64,000 nucleotides of DNA, taken from assembly GCF_009914755.1 (NCBI RefSeq), contig NC_060929.1, one strand, 5' to 3'. A program made the translations under genes and the position numbers. This DNA is from the human T2T-CHM13v2.0 reference genome, Homo sapiens. Under the pieces are notes generated by a model, which was not told where the DNA came from, did no database searches, and saw only the letters and a program-made list of their open reading frames with translations. Of this stretch, positions 1-12,511 are shown piece by piece (within the stretch, counting starts at the first letter, position 1; each line of letters starts with the position of its first letter).

Positions 1-854
1 GTTGCTACAGAGGACAAAATGCCTATTAGGCTTAAAAATTATTTCCAAAATTGCAGATGTAATCCCTTTTAAAATATTTTAAACACCAAGAACTAGGACA
101 AAATATGAAAATTCATGACCTCTGCCTGTGTTTTATGTCTGGAAAATATCATGATTTGAATCTCACATAGTAGCTTGAGCTGCAAATAAAGAAAACCAAT
201 AGTTAACACATAGTCTTCAGCACCATTCATTCTGTTTTTGACCAAATGCCCTGTGATCCTTATGATTCCACACTTTAAAATCTACCTTGAAAATAACATT
301 TATCTTTTTCAAAGTCCTCAACCATAAATCAACCATAATGGAAGCTCTTCTTGCTTTTATTGCGAGGATATATGCTCCAATCTTCGTGGCTAAAGTGTTT
401 ACCTGGCTTTTTCACAGCTGACTCAGTAGATGGGAACCTTTTAATGCAACCTGCATGGCATGTGGTCACCAAATCTATGTGAAGTCTTTATAATTTTTAT
501 ATGATTGATAGCATATTGCTTTTCACTGGTGAGGGGAACCATATCTGCTTCCTGCTTATCTTTGTAGATGTCGAGTTACATAATCCATTTACTTTCGTGA
601 CTGGGACTTGAAATGTAGAAATATGAAGGAAAAGAGAAAAGCAACCAGGCTCAACAAGTCTGTATTTGACTTTTAGGCCTAGACATTTTCCATTTATACT
701 ATGCTACATCCCAGAGTTGTAAAACCAAAGCTCCCTTTTCTACAAAGTAACCCAGTTAATACGGAGAGATGCAGAAGAAATTAACTAATTAATCAGTTAT
801 TGATTAATCAATCAAATGCCATGTCTTTAGGAGGGAAAGCTCTATTTTTGGCTT

Positions 855-1125
855 TTATTATTTTTAATTGACACTTGATAATTTTTTATATTTATGGAGT
901 ACCATGTGATATTTGATATAGGTATACACTGTGTAATGACCATTTAGGGTATCCATCACTGCAAACATTTATCATTTGTTTGTGTTGGGAACATTCAAAA
1001 TCTGCTCTTTTAGCTACTCAAAAATATATAACAAATTGCTCATTATAGTCACCTTATTAGTGCTACAGAACACTGCAACTTATTCCTCTTATCTGGCTAT
1101 ACTTTTGTATCCATTAACCAACCTT
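855..1125 (-). mobile_element. L1 (L1MA-like) 3' end fragment
   Basis: T-rich tail followed by typical reversed L1 3' UTR text (…catttatcatttgtttgtgttgggaacattcaaaatc…). Confidence 0.7.
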
Positions 1126-2123
1126 TGGAAAAGCTCCTTTCTTAAAAGCTTTGTAGTTCCACAGTTTTCCAAAACTATGGTCCACGGCTGTCTTCTAGAC
1201 CTCCATTCAACCCCTCATCCCTCATGATCCTGTATTAGCTACCATTTTCCTCTGTGTTAAATGCATACGACTGTATTTCAAAACTTGCCCCAAAACTTCC
1301 CTCTTTCTGTTTTCCATGACATTTCTCTCTAAAATGATAAATGTGAGCTTTTAAACTGTAGTGTTTTATCAATGCTGGGTTTTACTACTAAACACAACTT
1401 AAGACTTCTAAGAAAACTTTCTGGGGTTAGCTTTAGCTACTCATTCTTTAATTAATTCTGCTGATATTTCACCTGTAATCTACGTCAGGCATACATATGT
1501 CTCAGAACCTCAGAGATGAATAAGATGAATGAGAAACTACTCCCTTAGGAAGTTTATAATCTGCTTCCCAACCCTACTCTTTTAGTCTCCTTCTCCTCTT
1601 CTGAGTCTACCTGCTCACCATTTTAACTGTTGCTCTTGTTAACTGTTTCTCTTACTAATCATAAACTCCCAGGGATCATGTGCAAATGTTGTCAGCCAAA
1701 AAATGTGGGTGGTGTCATGCTGATTCAAAACCATGGACTTCTGATAAGCAACTTAATCTCTAAGCTTCAGTTTTCTCATTTAAAATGCAAATTATACTTA
1801 CTATACCAAGTAGTTGTTAGAAGTAAATGAGATAATAATTTTAGTGTACAAAGGAGATAATAAATGGTTGCTCTATCACTTACTTGTCAGTAACACCTCC
1901 ATTAACCTTTCATATTAAATGTAAATGTCGCACTCCACTATTGGATGCCCTCAAGTAAGATCCTCAACCTGCTCTGTTGGCCTTCTCTTACATCTCCTCT
2001 ACACATTCACTCTCTGAAACCAAAAGTTCTACTTCTTGAATATACCCTTCTCTTTTTACCATGAGGCAAACCAGTAGTTACTGCCATGTTTTGAGTGCCC
2101 ATTGTGATTCAAGAAGGTGTTTT

Positions 2124-2418
<295 letters not shown>

Positions 2419-2491
2419 AGGTGTTTGGTGCTTACATATATTTTTGCTTATTACCTAGTTTTAATGTAGTGGTTAAGAATACAGATCCAGA

Positions 2492-2764
2492 AAAAACAAA
2501 TGTCGTATGTTCCCATTGATAAGTGGGAGCTAAGCTATGAGGACGCAAAGGCATGAGAATGATACAGTGGACTCTGGGGACTCAGGTAGAAGGAAGGTAG
2601 GTGGGGTGAAGGATAAAAGACTACACAATGGGTAGAGTGTACACTGCTTGGGTGATGGGTGCACCAGAATCTCAGAAACTGCCACTAAGGAACTTATTCA
2701 TGTAACCAAAAACCACCTATTCCCCAAAAATTATTGGAAAAAAAAATACAATAAAATTTTCAAA
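2492..2764 (+). mobile_element. 5'-truncated L1 (L1PB-like) 3' end inserted into a MIR
   Basis: L1 3' UTR sequence (gggagctaagctatgaggacgcaaaggc), aataaa tail, 17-bp TSD aagaRtacagatccaga at 2475-2491 and 2765-2781. Confidence 0.85.
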
Positions 2765-2781
2765 AAGAGTACAGATCCAGA

Positions 2782-2995
2782 GTTCAACTCCTTGTTTATT
2801 TTCATACCTTGGCTGTGCAGTCTTCTAGCTGTGTGACAATGGACAAGTCACCTAAGCTCCCTAAAACTCAGTGTCCTCACCTGTAAATGGAGATAATAAC
2901 AGTAACTATTATAGTGCTGTATGAGAATTAAAAATAATAACATGTAAAGCAGTTAACACAGTAACTCATAGTAAGCTCTTAATAAATGTCAGCTT
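2782..2995 (+). mobile_element. MIR SINE
   Basis: MIR core: tgtgtgac…caagtcacctaa…ctcagtgtcctcacctgtaaatggagataataacagta. Confidence 0.7.
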
Positions 2996-3596
2996 TTTTA
3001 TTACCAATGAACTTCTTGTCATTTTCTTCTCATTCAACTCTGCAAGGTCTTTTATAAATGGTGAAAAAACGTGAAGTAGCTCTTTCAGATCAGCAACTCA
3101 GAAAGTAATTGGCAAAGATAGGACTTGAAACCAGAACTGTCTGGCTCCAAAATCCATATCTTTCCCACCACACTGTTGCCTTGTGCTAATCCCTCTACCT
3201 GAAAAGTGTCCTTCCTTATGTCTAATTGGAATAATCTTTTGAAACCCTATCAGGTGCTGCCTCCTTCACCAAACTCTCCTTGATCCCCATCTAAATGTGA
3301 TCCGTCCCTCAAAATCCTCAATTTGTCATTTTTACACAGCATTATGCTACAGTGACTTGCACACTAAACCATGAGTTCTTTGACACCAGGATGAGGTTAG
3401 ACCACTGTTTCCTGTAAAACAGAGCACTTTGCACTAAGTAGATACTTAATAAACAGTCACTTGAACTGAAAAGAGGTTGTTAAGGTCGCAGATGGAAAAA
3501 TCTGCCTAATCTATCCAGGAATTATTTATTTATGTGTCTCTAGGCCAGGACCTATAATAGACACTGGGTTCAAAGAGTTATATAAGACAAATTCCT

Positions 3597-3880
<284 letters not shown>

Positions 3881-4024
3881 ACAAATTCCTGCCCTCAAAG
3901 AACTTGCAATTTGATAAAAGCACTTTGAAACCAGAAAGTAATTATTTTTAATGGAGCCGTTAGAAAATCAAATGGAGCAAAAACTTAAGTAATGCAAATG
4001 AATTCTTATTTACTATTTGTACAG

Positions 4025-4191
4025 ATACAGTTGTCTCCTCCAGCTGCTGTACCAGTTTAGACTACATCGTCACCTACCTCTTCAAGCACATAGCAAAAGA
4101 GGGCAAGAAGCCACTTCGATGCAGAGAGGCTACCCAGGCTGGTCAGAGACTATTACATTTTATGCAGCAAAACCCAGATGTCCTGCAGCAG
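4025..4191 (+). CDS. RANBP17: RANBP17 internal coding exon (phase 1 in, phase 0 out; DTVVSSSCCTSLDYIVTYLFKHIAKEGKKPLRCREATQAGQRLLHFMQQNPDVLQQ)
   Basis: Acceptor tttgtacag, donor CAG|gtaact, 167 nt open frame; peptide recognised as the RanBP17/exportin-7 C-terminal region; continues in frame with exon 32223. Confidence 0.93.
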
Positions 4192-4854
4192 GTAACTGGT
4201 GGTTGATCACCTGGCTTAAGAAACAAGTGTTCCCAGAAGCCATACCTGGCCCCGAATTTATCTTAGAGCAGCTGGTCTTGCCAAGACTTTTTATACTGGT
4301 AAAAAATATATATATATATTGTCTGGGAGTATTTTCCCTGAACGTGGAGGGAAAACACAGGCCTTAGGATTACCCACCCTCAAGAAATACCTGGGTTGTT
4401 CATCTCACCTCAGTGGAGCTAGAATTCAAAAAGAGGATAGTTTTTCCAGAGGCCTGAGAAAAATTAGACAAAACCGGAACTGGAAACAGTCAGCCTCTGA
4501 TTTCTCTCCTGGTGACTCTGATAATGTCATCTTAAGTTTGCCTTATGAATACTCCGGTATATTGGGAAACTACAATTTGCTGGGCTCCTAGTGTATGCCA
4601 GGCAGCTTGCTAGGAATTTCTCATTCATCATATCATAGTTGCTATTTTTCCCATTTTAAAATGAGAAATCTTGGTTCAGATAGGTTAGGTAATATGTTCA
4701 ATAACATCTAACTAATAAGTAATAAAACCACTATTTGTTTATTTTCTAGTGTATGTTCTAACTAGCTAATGGGTTAGGTCCAAGTTTAATACCATTTTTT
4801 AAAAACTCACTTGTGCAAATAATAGTAACGGCATGCATAAGAAATGAATATTGC

Positions 4855-5276
4855 AAGGTGCAGTACCTGTAGTACCAGCTGCTCCAGAGGCAGAGGCAGG
4901 AGGATTGCTTGAGCCCAGAAGTTCAAGACCAGCCTGGGCAACATAGCAAGACCCCATCTCTAAAAAAGAAGATTTAGGCCAGGCACGGTGGTCATGCCTG
5001 TAATCCCAGCACTTTGGGAGGCCAAGGCAGGCAGATCACCAGGTCAGGAGTTCAAGACCAGCCTGACCAATATGGTCAAACCCCATCTCTACTAAAAATA
5101 CAAAAATTAGCCAGGCGTGGTGGTGCTCACCTGTAGTCCCAGCTAGTCGGGATGCTGAGGCAGAAGAATCGTGTGAACCTGGGGAGGCAGAGGTTGCAGT
5201 GAGCTGAGATCACACCACTGCACTACAGCCTGGATGACAGAGCAAGACTCCATCTCAAAAAAAAAGAAAAAAGAAA
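4855..5276 (+). mobile_element. Alu monomer (FLAM-like, 4855-4966) with AluS (4977-5276) inserted in its tail
   Basis: Monomer then full dimer; flanking aagaagattta/aagaaaattta. Confidence 0.85.
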
Positions 5277-5361
5277 ATTTAAAAATTTTTAAAAAAACAT
5301 ACATGCCAAAAATATTTCAAAAAGAACAATACCATTTTTTATGGCTATACCATCACTATAT

Positions 5362-5687
5362 TTTCTTTTCTTTTTTTTTTTTTTTTTTTTGAGACAGGGT
5401 CTCACTCTGTTGCCTTTGCTGTAGTGCAGTGGCACAATCTGGGCTCACTGCAACCTCTGTCTCTCAAGGTCTCAAGCGATCCTCACACTTCAGCCTCTTC
5501 CTGAGTAGCTGGGACTACAGGTGCACACCACCACATCCAGCTAATTTTTTTTTTTTTTTTTGGAGAGAAGGAGTTTTGCCACGTTGCCAGGCTAGTAGGC
5601 TAGTTTTGAACTCCTGAGCACAAACAGTCCTCCCACCTCAGCCTCCCAAGGTGCTGGGATTACAGGTGTGAGCCACTGCACCTAGCC
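5362..5687 (-). mobile_element. AluJ-type SINE
   Basis: Poly-T then reversed Alu dimer. Confidence 0.9.
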
Positions 5688-5869
5688 CTATCACTGTGTT
5701 TTCTAATTCCACTAAATTTGGAAAGTATCTTCATCCTGTTTTCAGTTGTTTTCTTTTGCCAAATTACATCCATAATAGTTTGTAATTTGCAAATGTAAAC
5801 ACATCAATAGTGTGTTGCTATATGACCGTTAGGGAGCAAATAAGTTGCCTGCAATCATCAGAAAATGTT

Positions 5870-6165
5870 GGCCGGGCGCAGTGACTCACGCCTGTAATCT
5901 CAGCACCTTTGGGAGGCCAAGGCAGGTGGATCATGAGGTCAGGAGTTCGAGACCAGCCTGGCCAATATGGCGAAACCCTGTCTCTACTAAAAATACAAAA
6001 ATTAGCTGGGCATGGTGGTGTGTGCCTGTATTCCCAGCTATGTGGGAGGCTGAGGCAGGAGAATTGCTTGAACCTGGGAAGCAGAGGTTGCAGTGAGCGA
6101 GATCACACCACTGCACTCCAGCTTGGCGACAGAGCTCCATCTCAAAAAAAAAAGAAAAAGAAAAA
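5870..6165 (+). mobile_element. AluS (Sg-like) SINE
   Basis: Full dimer ggccgggcgcagtgactcacgcc…, TSD agaaaatgt. Confidence 0.9.
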
Positions 6166-9100
6166 GAAAATGTCACTCTATATCAGTAAATGATGAAAAT
6201 AGAATGAGACAGCTATGAAAGAAGGTTCCTTCCTGGCTGCCATTTTTTGCTAATATTTAAATGAAATTATGTAAACTTTATTTGTGGTAATGTTTCAGTT
6301 AACCAATTATTTTCCAGGGATAATGGATGTCATTCATATTTTGTGTAACTAGGCAAAGGGCTGTAGACTTATAATTATTTGGTGTGACCCTGGAACTGTT
6401 ACAACATGTTGGTAATATAAAGGAAAAAGGAAGGTATCTCACATTTAGTGAGAACTTATTATGTGTCAGGTGCAAGAGCTATTAAGATTCACGAGATATA
6501 ATTTCTCTCCTTACAAAATTTCTTGCCATGGGACAAAGAGACAAGTAACTCACCAGTTATTTGATCATTTCATTAATATAGTGATGACAAAGAAAGTAAA
6601 ATTCAAGGGGAGGGAGTATTGTCAAAGAGTTCTCCTCATTTAGACCCCACAACAACCCTGAAAAATGGATATCAGCATCCCCATTTTACAGATGAATAAA
6701 TTGAGGTACAGAGAGATCAACTGGAAAGTGGTAGAGTTGGAATTTGAAGCAAGGTCTGTTTGACTGAAAAGCGCAAGTTCTTACTACTCACACCATTGGT
6801 ATTCAAGGTGAGGATAATATCTCAGCTTCACCTGGAATGGCTTTTCAAAATATACATGCTATCAAAATGTCAGCGCGTCTCTCCTCCCTCCCCACCCCAC
6901 CCAAATGCAGTAACCACTGGTACTGGTGGGAGTGTGTCACAGCCCTCATGTGTTTTGCATGAAGAAGGTTGAGGATCACTGACTTAAAGCATGTCCACAC
7001 TGAAGAAAAAAAAAAAATTCATGGATTGGCTAGGAATCAGACCCAGCCTTTACCCCACCATGGCAAGGGACAAGTCTGCCACCAAATCACTCCTTCCAGC
7101 ACTCAACCATAATCACAGTATTGTCCCATAAACTTTGGCAGAAACTTTTAAGTTGGTAGAAAATTTTAGCACAAATCAACAGGCTATGGCCCTAGACAAA
7201 ATACCATATCATGTTTTGCAAAGGAAGTAATGTGGTTGGGCAGGAGACAAATCAAGTTTGTCTTTACTCAGAATTAGCGTGCATTTGTTGGTTTAAGTAA
7301 TTTCTGTGTGTTAATAATACTTGTTAATCCTTCACTTTATAGCATATGACTAAGTAGTGATATATCTTTATTAACAGTGGAATACTTTCTATTTATTTGG
7401 AATGTAGGCTTTCAGATAGCATTTTAAATATTAATGACTGGGCTCTGGTAGTCAGCATAAATATGATTTGCATTAGCACTAGGTTATATCATCTTGAGTG
7501 CCTCTGATGTCAGCTATTAGGTATAGTAATATCTGACATCATCTCCTTAGGTTACTGACAACTTTGACCTCTATTCTTATGCACAGTTTCTGTCGTCTCA
7601 AAAGCTCTTTTGAATTGATTTGAAATTTTGACTCTTCCCTTTATGAGGCAGTAAAATTGATAATTATTCAGATGGGAACAGAGTGCTGAGTGAAAAATCA
7701 ATTCCACCCGCTCTCTGCTGCGTATAAAATTACTTCTGAGTCGGCTGGACTGAACGGATGGCCAGAGTAAAAGCGGCAGGCAGGAGTAGTGGGAAGAATT
7801 AGCTGGACAGAACTAATAGCCTGAAGGGATGGACTTGAAAAAGAGGGAGTGGGCCAGTTGGGGGTTATTATTAGCAGGGATGGGTCCCATTGATCATCTG
7901 TTTACATCAGCTTTCCAAGACCTTATAAATCAGCCCTGAAGAGGAGCAGAACCCAAGATTCAGCCTGTTACCAGTGGGATTTTGTATTGGATTATTTTCA
8001 TTTTCACACTCAGATGAAAAGTGAGCCATTGATTATTCATTGGTTGCCCATTAAATGCTGTTTTTAATAGATGATTTGCCTATTGCAGAAGGTAATGAAC
8101 AAGGTTGCTGCTTTATAACTTGAGGTTTCAGTTTTCAAGGCATCTGTGTCGGTTAAGTAATGCCTAACCCTATTAAAAGGAATGGATTACAAATTGCTTA
8201 ACAGTGCTGAAAAACTAGACCCTAATGACTAATTGTGCTTGGAGTTTAGAGAGGGTTTGTCAGCTCTTTAAACTAAACTGATGCAATGATACTGCAATTA
8301 TTTACTAGTTTGAACTGTTTTTCCCCCCAACCTGGTCCTATTTTGCTGGAAGCATAATTGCATGAGGAATGTTAATTCCAAATTGCAAAAGTTATCTCCT
8401 CAAGCTTCCGTAGTAAAGGAAGCATGAACCCCCACATAAAGGTTTTCCAACATCCTTACAGGCCTTTCCATTTGTGTATAGCAGCCTGGGAAAGATATTT
8501 TATGTGCCTCCCACCTGGAATTGTGTTTATTATTCTCTTCTATGTGGCTTTAGAGCTTCAAAATTTTTAAAAATGTTCTCCAAATAATCCATTTTTCATA
8601 TTTTGCAAACAACTCTAACTTTGCAAGCATTAAAATTTAGTCCATATGAAGATCCATTGTAAGTAAGTGAATCTATTTGAAGTAAAAACAATTGCGTCAC
8701 CAGCGTTGCTTTGACCTAACAGTTGAGAAAAACCCAGTTTACAGAAATGAAGGTGGAAAATTCTCCAAGCATTTTTATGTTATTAGAAGGATAAACTAAA
8801 AATTTAAGGAGAGCCCAACCGTAACAGTGATCAGATTACTAATTACTACTGATTAGTAGCAGATAAGACACTGATCTGCTACAATAATTCGGAAGACAAC
8901 ATTTCTATGTGAAATTTTTTCAGTTTCGTCACTGATCAGTAAGTATTTGTATCTATAATACATAGTTATAGATACATAGCATTCATTTCGTTATATCACA
9001 GTGAAAGATTTTGCCCAAATTAGGTAATGAAAGGGTGTGTTTTATAGAATTAGAGGGGCATCTCAGAGATATGAGTAATTCCTTATAAGATTATTAGAAT

Positions 9101-9417
9101 AAGACACTGATCCTGAAAGCTTCTCTAAATCAGAATTCCAGTTAAAACTAATTGCTCTAGAAAGAGTAACACCTTCCACAGAAATTAGCAAGAACTATTA
9201 CGCAATTAATTTGTTAAGAGTGTATTTTTAGCAATTATCGTCTTGAAAACCTTAATATATTGCATAGAGGAATTAGAGCAGTTAGGGTTGAATTCATCTT
9301 ACTCTTGTCTATTTATCTATTTTGCTCAAATCAACTGTACTGAAATCCAAAAGAAATTCTAATTGTGATTTTCTTTCTCTCCCTTTTCTCCCTTTTCTCC
9401 CTCCTTTTTATGTTATT

Positions 9418-9419
<2 letters not shown>

Positions 9420-9462
<43 letters not shown>
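9420..9462. repeat. Long poly-T tract (~43 nt)
   Basis: Directly visible homopolymer preceded by ttttctccc units. Confidence 0.95.
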
Positions 9463-9466
<4 letters not shown>

Positions 9467-10258
9467 AACATGGCATTTAACTACAAATTGTGAAGAGCTG
9501 TCAGGAGCTATAAAAATCATACTTCAGTAGGGACTTAAGCTGAAAGAACATTCACCCTTTTCCTCAATCAGTCAGTCAGTCAATGAAAATTGCTTTTGTA
9601 TAGTGCTCTTCATGACATGCATCCCAAAGTGAATTACAGCAAAAGGGAAATCATCTGCTCTTTTTTCATTTCTGTGTTTAGACTGAAATGATATTGCTCA
9701 ACATTTTGACATACTAACCAAGACATCTTTCATACTTAAGATTCCATTCCATAATACTGAGTAGGAGAAAATGCAGTCGCATATTTAACTGATGTTGAGA
9801 TTTTGGCCTACAGGAACCTTAGCAAGACTATTACAGTCAAAAACACTTAAGCAGATGAAATACAGTCATATCTCTTGTCCTCTTAAAAAGAATAGTCAGA
9901 TTTTCTAATGTTAATAAAGACATTTCCAGTGATCCTTAAATAAAAAATATGCTCTTTATGTAACCCATTAGCTCTCTCTGGTTGATTTACAACTTTATTC
10001 TCAATAATACAGTAGTATATTGATATCAAAAACAAACTGAAAGAACATTCACAACTGGATCAGGTAATAACGGATTTAAAAAGTTTAAAGGAAGCCAGGG
10101 ATATGTCATTAGACACTGAAATTGGAAAATAGGAACTCAAATTTCATAACAGAATTTTTGCACATGGTGCTACAATCTTGGTTTTAACAGCAATCAATGC
10201 ATATATTATGCATATACATAGTGGGAAGAAAAATAATATTGGCAAAATGTAAGTGCTT

Positions 10259-10729
10259 CTATTCACAATAGCACATGGAATCAACCTAAATGCCCATCAG
10301 TGGTTGATGGGATAGAAAATGTGGTACATATATACACCATGGAGTACTACACAGCCATCAAAAAGAAAGAGATCATGTCCTTTGCAGCAACATGGATGGA
10401 GCTGGAGGCTATTATCCTAAGCGAACTAACGCAGAAGCAGAAAACTAAATACAGCATGTTCTCACTTACAAGTGGGAGCTAAACATTGAGTACACATGGA
10501 CATGAAGGGAACAACAGATACCGGGGCCTACTTGAGAGTGGAGAGTTGGAGGAGGGTGAAGATCAAACAACTACCTATTGGGGGTACTGTGCTTATTACC
10601 TGCGTGACAAAGTAATCTGTACACCAGACCCCTGTGACATGTGGTTTACCTATATAACAAACCTGTACATGTACCCCGAACCTAAAATAAAAGCTTTAAA
10701 ATTTAGAAATTTAAGAAATAAAATTTTTC
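10259..10729 (+). mobile_element. 5'-truncated L1 (L1PB/L1MA-like) ORF2 end plus 3' UTR, inserted into a MIR
   Basis: ORF YTMEYYTAIKKKEIMSFAATWMELEAIILSE is the L1 ORF2 C-terminus; 14-bp TSD aaatgtaagtgctt at 10245-10258 and 10730-10743. Confidence 0.92.
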
Positions 10730-11731
10730 AAATGTAAGTGCTTACTATCTGCAAGCACTAGCTTAACTTACTTACATATGCATTATCTGGTTTAATCATG
10801 ACAGTATCTTTGTGAAGGTGTAGTATTATCATTACCATTTTACAGATATAGAAACTGAGGCACAAAAAAAAATAGGAAACATTCCCAAGGTCACAAAGTC
10901 AGTAACTGGAAGAACTAAAATTTTAGCTGAAATCTGTTTAACTGTGGGGTTCACATGCTTAAACACAAAGCTATCTCTGTTCCTTTGTTTAGTGGCTTCT
11001 AATCTAAAGTATGTATGTTTTGAGCACATAAAATGAGGCAAGTTGAGCTTCCAGTAAGTCCCACTGGGGCCATCCTTAAGGTAGAATGGTTTAAAGCAGT
11101 CATTCTATACCCCAGCATTATACTACAGCCAGGACAAAACAGATGGGCAGTGACCCAAAGAGGCAGCGGGCAAGAGAGAAGGAAGTGGCTTTGCCAGTTG
11201 CTGCAGAAAAAGCCCTGTGGCTCCCACCACCACCAAGACAGACCTAACCAAGCTTCCACTTTCTTACGCTACACCCACACCCATTCATTAATTTTATAGC
11301 CAGATGTTGAAGGTATATAATTTAGTAGGACACGTAGTCTTGAGAAGGTCAGAATCTAGTTGTACAGCTGTGTTATAATGCCCTTTGTGACTTTTCTTTA
11401 ATGCCTCCGAGGTAGCTCTTGAGGTTTAACCTGATTTTTCCAGGACAGAATCAATATGGCAGCTGTGAAATGATGATAGGGAAGCACCACGTGCTTTGCA
11501 TCTCTCTCCCGTATCCAGCACATCTCTCTTCATTGTCCTGACTTTCACCACTGATTCATCAGCATAGAATGCCATTTTTAACCTCTTTCTGGTTGTAAAC
11601 TGCTTCTGTTTTCTAAAGGAAATTTCTGCTGTTGAGTACCATTAACTCTATCAGTGGTCATTCTTAAGGTCTGAATCTACACCTGAGTTCCTTTGACCCT
11701 CCTTCTCACTTTCCTACCCATTATAACTATA

Positions 11732-12040
11732 CCAGGTGTCACAAACTAAGATGCCTGTAGGGCCAAGAAGCAGAAAACCTGAATGAGGTAGACATGAAGG
11801 AATCCTCAAGTTGAGTGCACATCTCTGTCTAAAGGGGGCAGCCTCAGCACACCTCCAGCTAATTGTTGCCTTATAAGAAGGTCAGACCCAGTGTTGCCAG
11901 ATACATTGAAATTTCTCCCTTGAAAAACAGCCAGAAATTCAGATTTTAAATGTAGCCACTGATTGAAAATTAAAAAACAAAAAATTGAAACATTTGGCAG
12001 GCCAACACTGTATGCCTGGATACCAGCTTTCCACTTCTGT
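11732..12040. mobile_element. Non-autonomous hAT-type DNA transposon (MER-like), family not resolved
   Basis: Terminus caggtgtcacaaactaagatgcc and internal cagtgttgccagat…gccagaaattcagatttt resemble hAT MER elements. Confidence 0.45.
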
Positions 12041-12454
12041 AGTATACAATCTTAAGGAATTTCAGAACTAAGATCTCCCAGTGCATGTTACCTTGTATTT
12101 CTCACAGCCAACCCAAACAGCACTGCTACAGTGATATTTTTATTTCCATCTGGTTCTTTTTAAACTTCTGAAGCATACTTTTTTGGTTAGTTTTAAAAGG
12201 ATGTAGTTATTTTGATTTTACTTAATCTGGGGCTTTAGGGGTTATTTCTTAATTTATTTTGCTCTTGCTTTTACTTTTACTATACTTGTCTACTGGAACT
12301 TAAAGGGGCCATTTTATCACTTTTGGGTTACATCTTTGCACACAAGGAATACAATAAACAGGCGATGAAGTGAAACTGACCTAATACTTTTCAAACTTTC
12401 TTTTTCTTCAAAATAGCCAGGTTTGTTTGAGATAAAAATAAAGTTTAGTTTGAT

Positions 12455-12457
<3 letters not shown>

Positions 12458-12502
<45 letters not shown>

Positions 12503-12511
12503 CGCGTGCGC
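12458..12511. repeat. (GT)n(GC)n compound microsatellite
   Basis: Directly visible alternating purine-pyrimidine tract. Confidence 0.95.

Noticed and set aside
4017-4367. 116-aa ORF overlapping the RANBP17 exon
   Set aside because: Wrong frame; the real exon is read in another frame bounded by splice sites
8998-9030. CACAGTG heptamers (also near 24071, 35822, 40221, 41846, 63026) as cryptic RAG signals for T-ALL translocation
   Set aside because: No convincing ACAAAAACC nonamer at 12- or 23-bp spacing in those I inspected
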